Below, in pieces: positions 62,569 through 64,000 of a stretch of DNA of 64,000 bases. The translations under genes were made by a program, and so were the position numbers. This DNA comes from Ascidiella aspersa. Taxonomy: Eukaryota. The first letter of the stretch is position 1; each line of letters begins with the position of its first letter. The notes beneath the pieces were generated by a model. The model worked only from the letters and a program-made list of their open reading frames with translations. It was not told the origin of the DNA and did no database searches. The stretch covers positions 22,010,001 to 22,074,000 of the forward strand of contig OZ004614.1 in NCBI GenBank assembly GCA_963924565.1, read 5' to 3'.

Positions 62569-64000
62569 CACTAACTCCTTTATGGCATATCATGAATTGA
62601 TAACAACGGGGTTATACAGGAAAACCGAAGTCTCCCACACAACGAGGGCAAAAAGCGTGTTTTTTGGTTTAGCTCGGTCGCCGACCAACTCATTAATCAT
62701 TCAGAAACAAGTGAACCCTAAGCAACTCCGACTTGAATGTTCCTCGTCCATAAAATAAAAGTTTCTTTTTATCGAGCCGCGCCGTCGCCCTTTGCAGCGT
62801 GCGTTATGCATTATGCAAAGCGGACGGACATCGAGGTGCCGAGGACGTGGTTCGATTAGGATCGAAAACAGAGGCGAATTTCGATCTGAGACGGCGAAAA
62901 ATAAATTGTCGAAAAAAAAAAATCGTTCGCCTTAATTGACCGCGTGAAGCCGGCAGCCGACGTCGATGCCATGAATATGGATGATGACAAGTGTAGGAAG
63001 AATTCTGAGTACAATTTGAGGTGAAAAAAAATAAAAAAAATGTTGAAAGTCAAGTGAGTTGAAATGCAAAAAGAATGTTTGTCTGCTTATTGTCCGGTTT
63101 TAGCAATTTAAGGTATTGCTAGATTTTAACAGCTTTTAAAACTAAAAAAAAATTACATAAAAACATTAAATTTAAACCGATCGGCAGTAAACTTAACAAA
63201 ATATATTTTTTTTAATAAAAAAATTCAAATATTCTTTTTTTAATTTAAAAAAACAAAGGATTAGGTGTCTATCTATAAGGGCTCATTCGAGCAAAACGTT
63301 CCAAACTAGCAATTTTCACCTTCTCACACATAAATGCAGCAAAAAGATCCCATAAAGACAAAGCGCCTTTAAATAAAAGCGTGGACGACAAAAACAACCA
63401 AATCACGGCAACTTTCCGCCGTAAGCAAAAGGCCCTAATCCCACCAGACCTCTCTTTGATTCAAGCGATGGCCAGACAGGTCTCACCCATCACTTGGCTC
63501 GCCAGAGTGTTGCAAAAGATAATTGGTCGCGGTCGGAATAAAGGAGGGTAGACAGGAAATAGCTGCAAGGTCGTTATCTGCAACCCGAACGCCGGGTGTA
63601 GGGTTACATTGGGGCGGCGTGGTTTTAACGGGGTTGCGCAAATGGGGACGGTATGTTCGGATTGGCTGGGGCGATGTTGGGGCAATGGGTGGGGTTTAAG
63701 AAAGAGGGTCGTTTCGTAAGTAGTATGGCGAAACATATAAATTATGTTGTGCTTTTCGAGTTTCAGTATGGCCAATAGGGATATTCAAAGTAGAATACCA
63801 AGGTATTCTAGAATAATAGGTTTCGAATCTAGAATAACGAATCCAGAATAGCGAATCCTAGTATATTTTTATTACATTATTTAACCTCGATTTTGTTTGG
63901 GGAAGGGATTTTTTGTTAACATGTGTACATTATAATAAAAAAAATCTGCCATATGTTTAACATTCTTAACAACTGTCATTTGAAGCAGTTGTGTAAACTG

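Noticed and set aside
1189-63775. Most ORF-track entries (60-140 aa)
   Set aside because: They are antisense or off-frame shadows of real exons, or random ORFs in introns and MITEs, with no recognisable domains.

Overview
Eukaryotic, AT-rich, intron-containing animal DNA; it reads like a marine invertebrate deuterostome such as a tunicate, but that is inference only. Almost all ORF-track entries are spurious. Three spliced genes can be reconstructed by hand. (1) The last coding exon of glycine amidinotransferase GATM (+, 185-294). (2) A complete 7-exon 3-ketodihydrosphingosine reductase KDSR (+, 6766-15517, about 334 aa). (3) An 18-exon, 5'-incomplete ZMIZ1/2-type MIZ/SP-RING gene (-, 57793-22322, about 1091 aa inside the window), convergent with KDSR. 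Non-coding space is crowded with mobile DNA: many hAT-like MITEs with 8-bp TSDs, a long-TIR element whose left TIR carries four later MITE insertions (one nested), a decayed element with a THAP gene and a convergent C2H2 zinc-finger ORF, rearranged LINE RT fragments and a tRNA-derived SINE. The most unusual signal is a set of at least seven minimal hammerhead-ribozyme motifs (Penelope-like or retrozyme type) in the introns of both large genes. Several sit in fold-back (palindromic) elements, one of which has a hammerhead on each strand. A candidate internal TATA/Inr promoter with uORFs and an overlapping alternative-frame ORF lies in the 10-kb ZMIZ intron.
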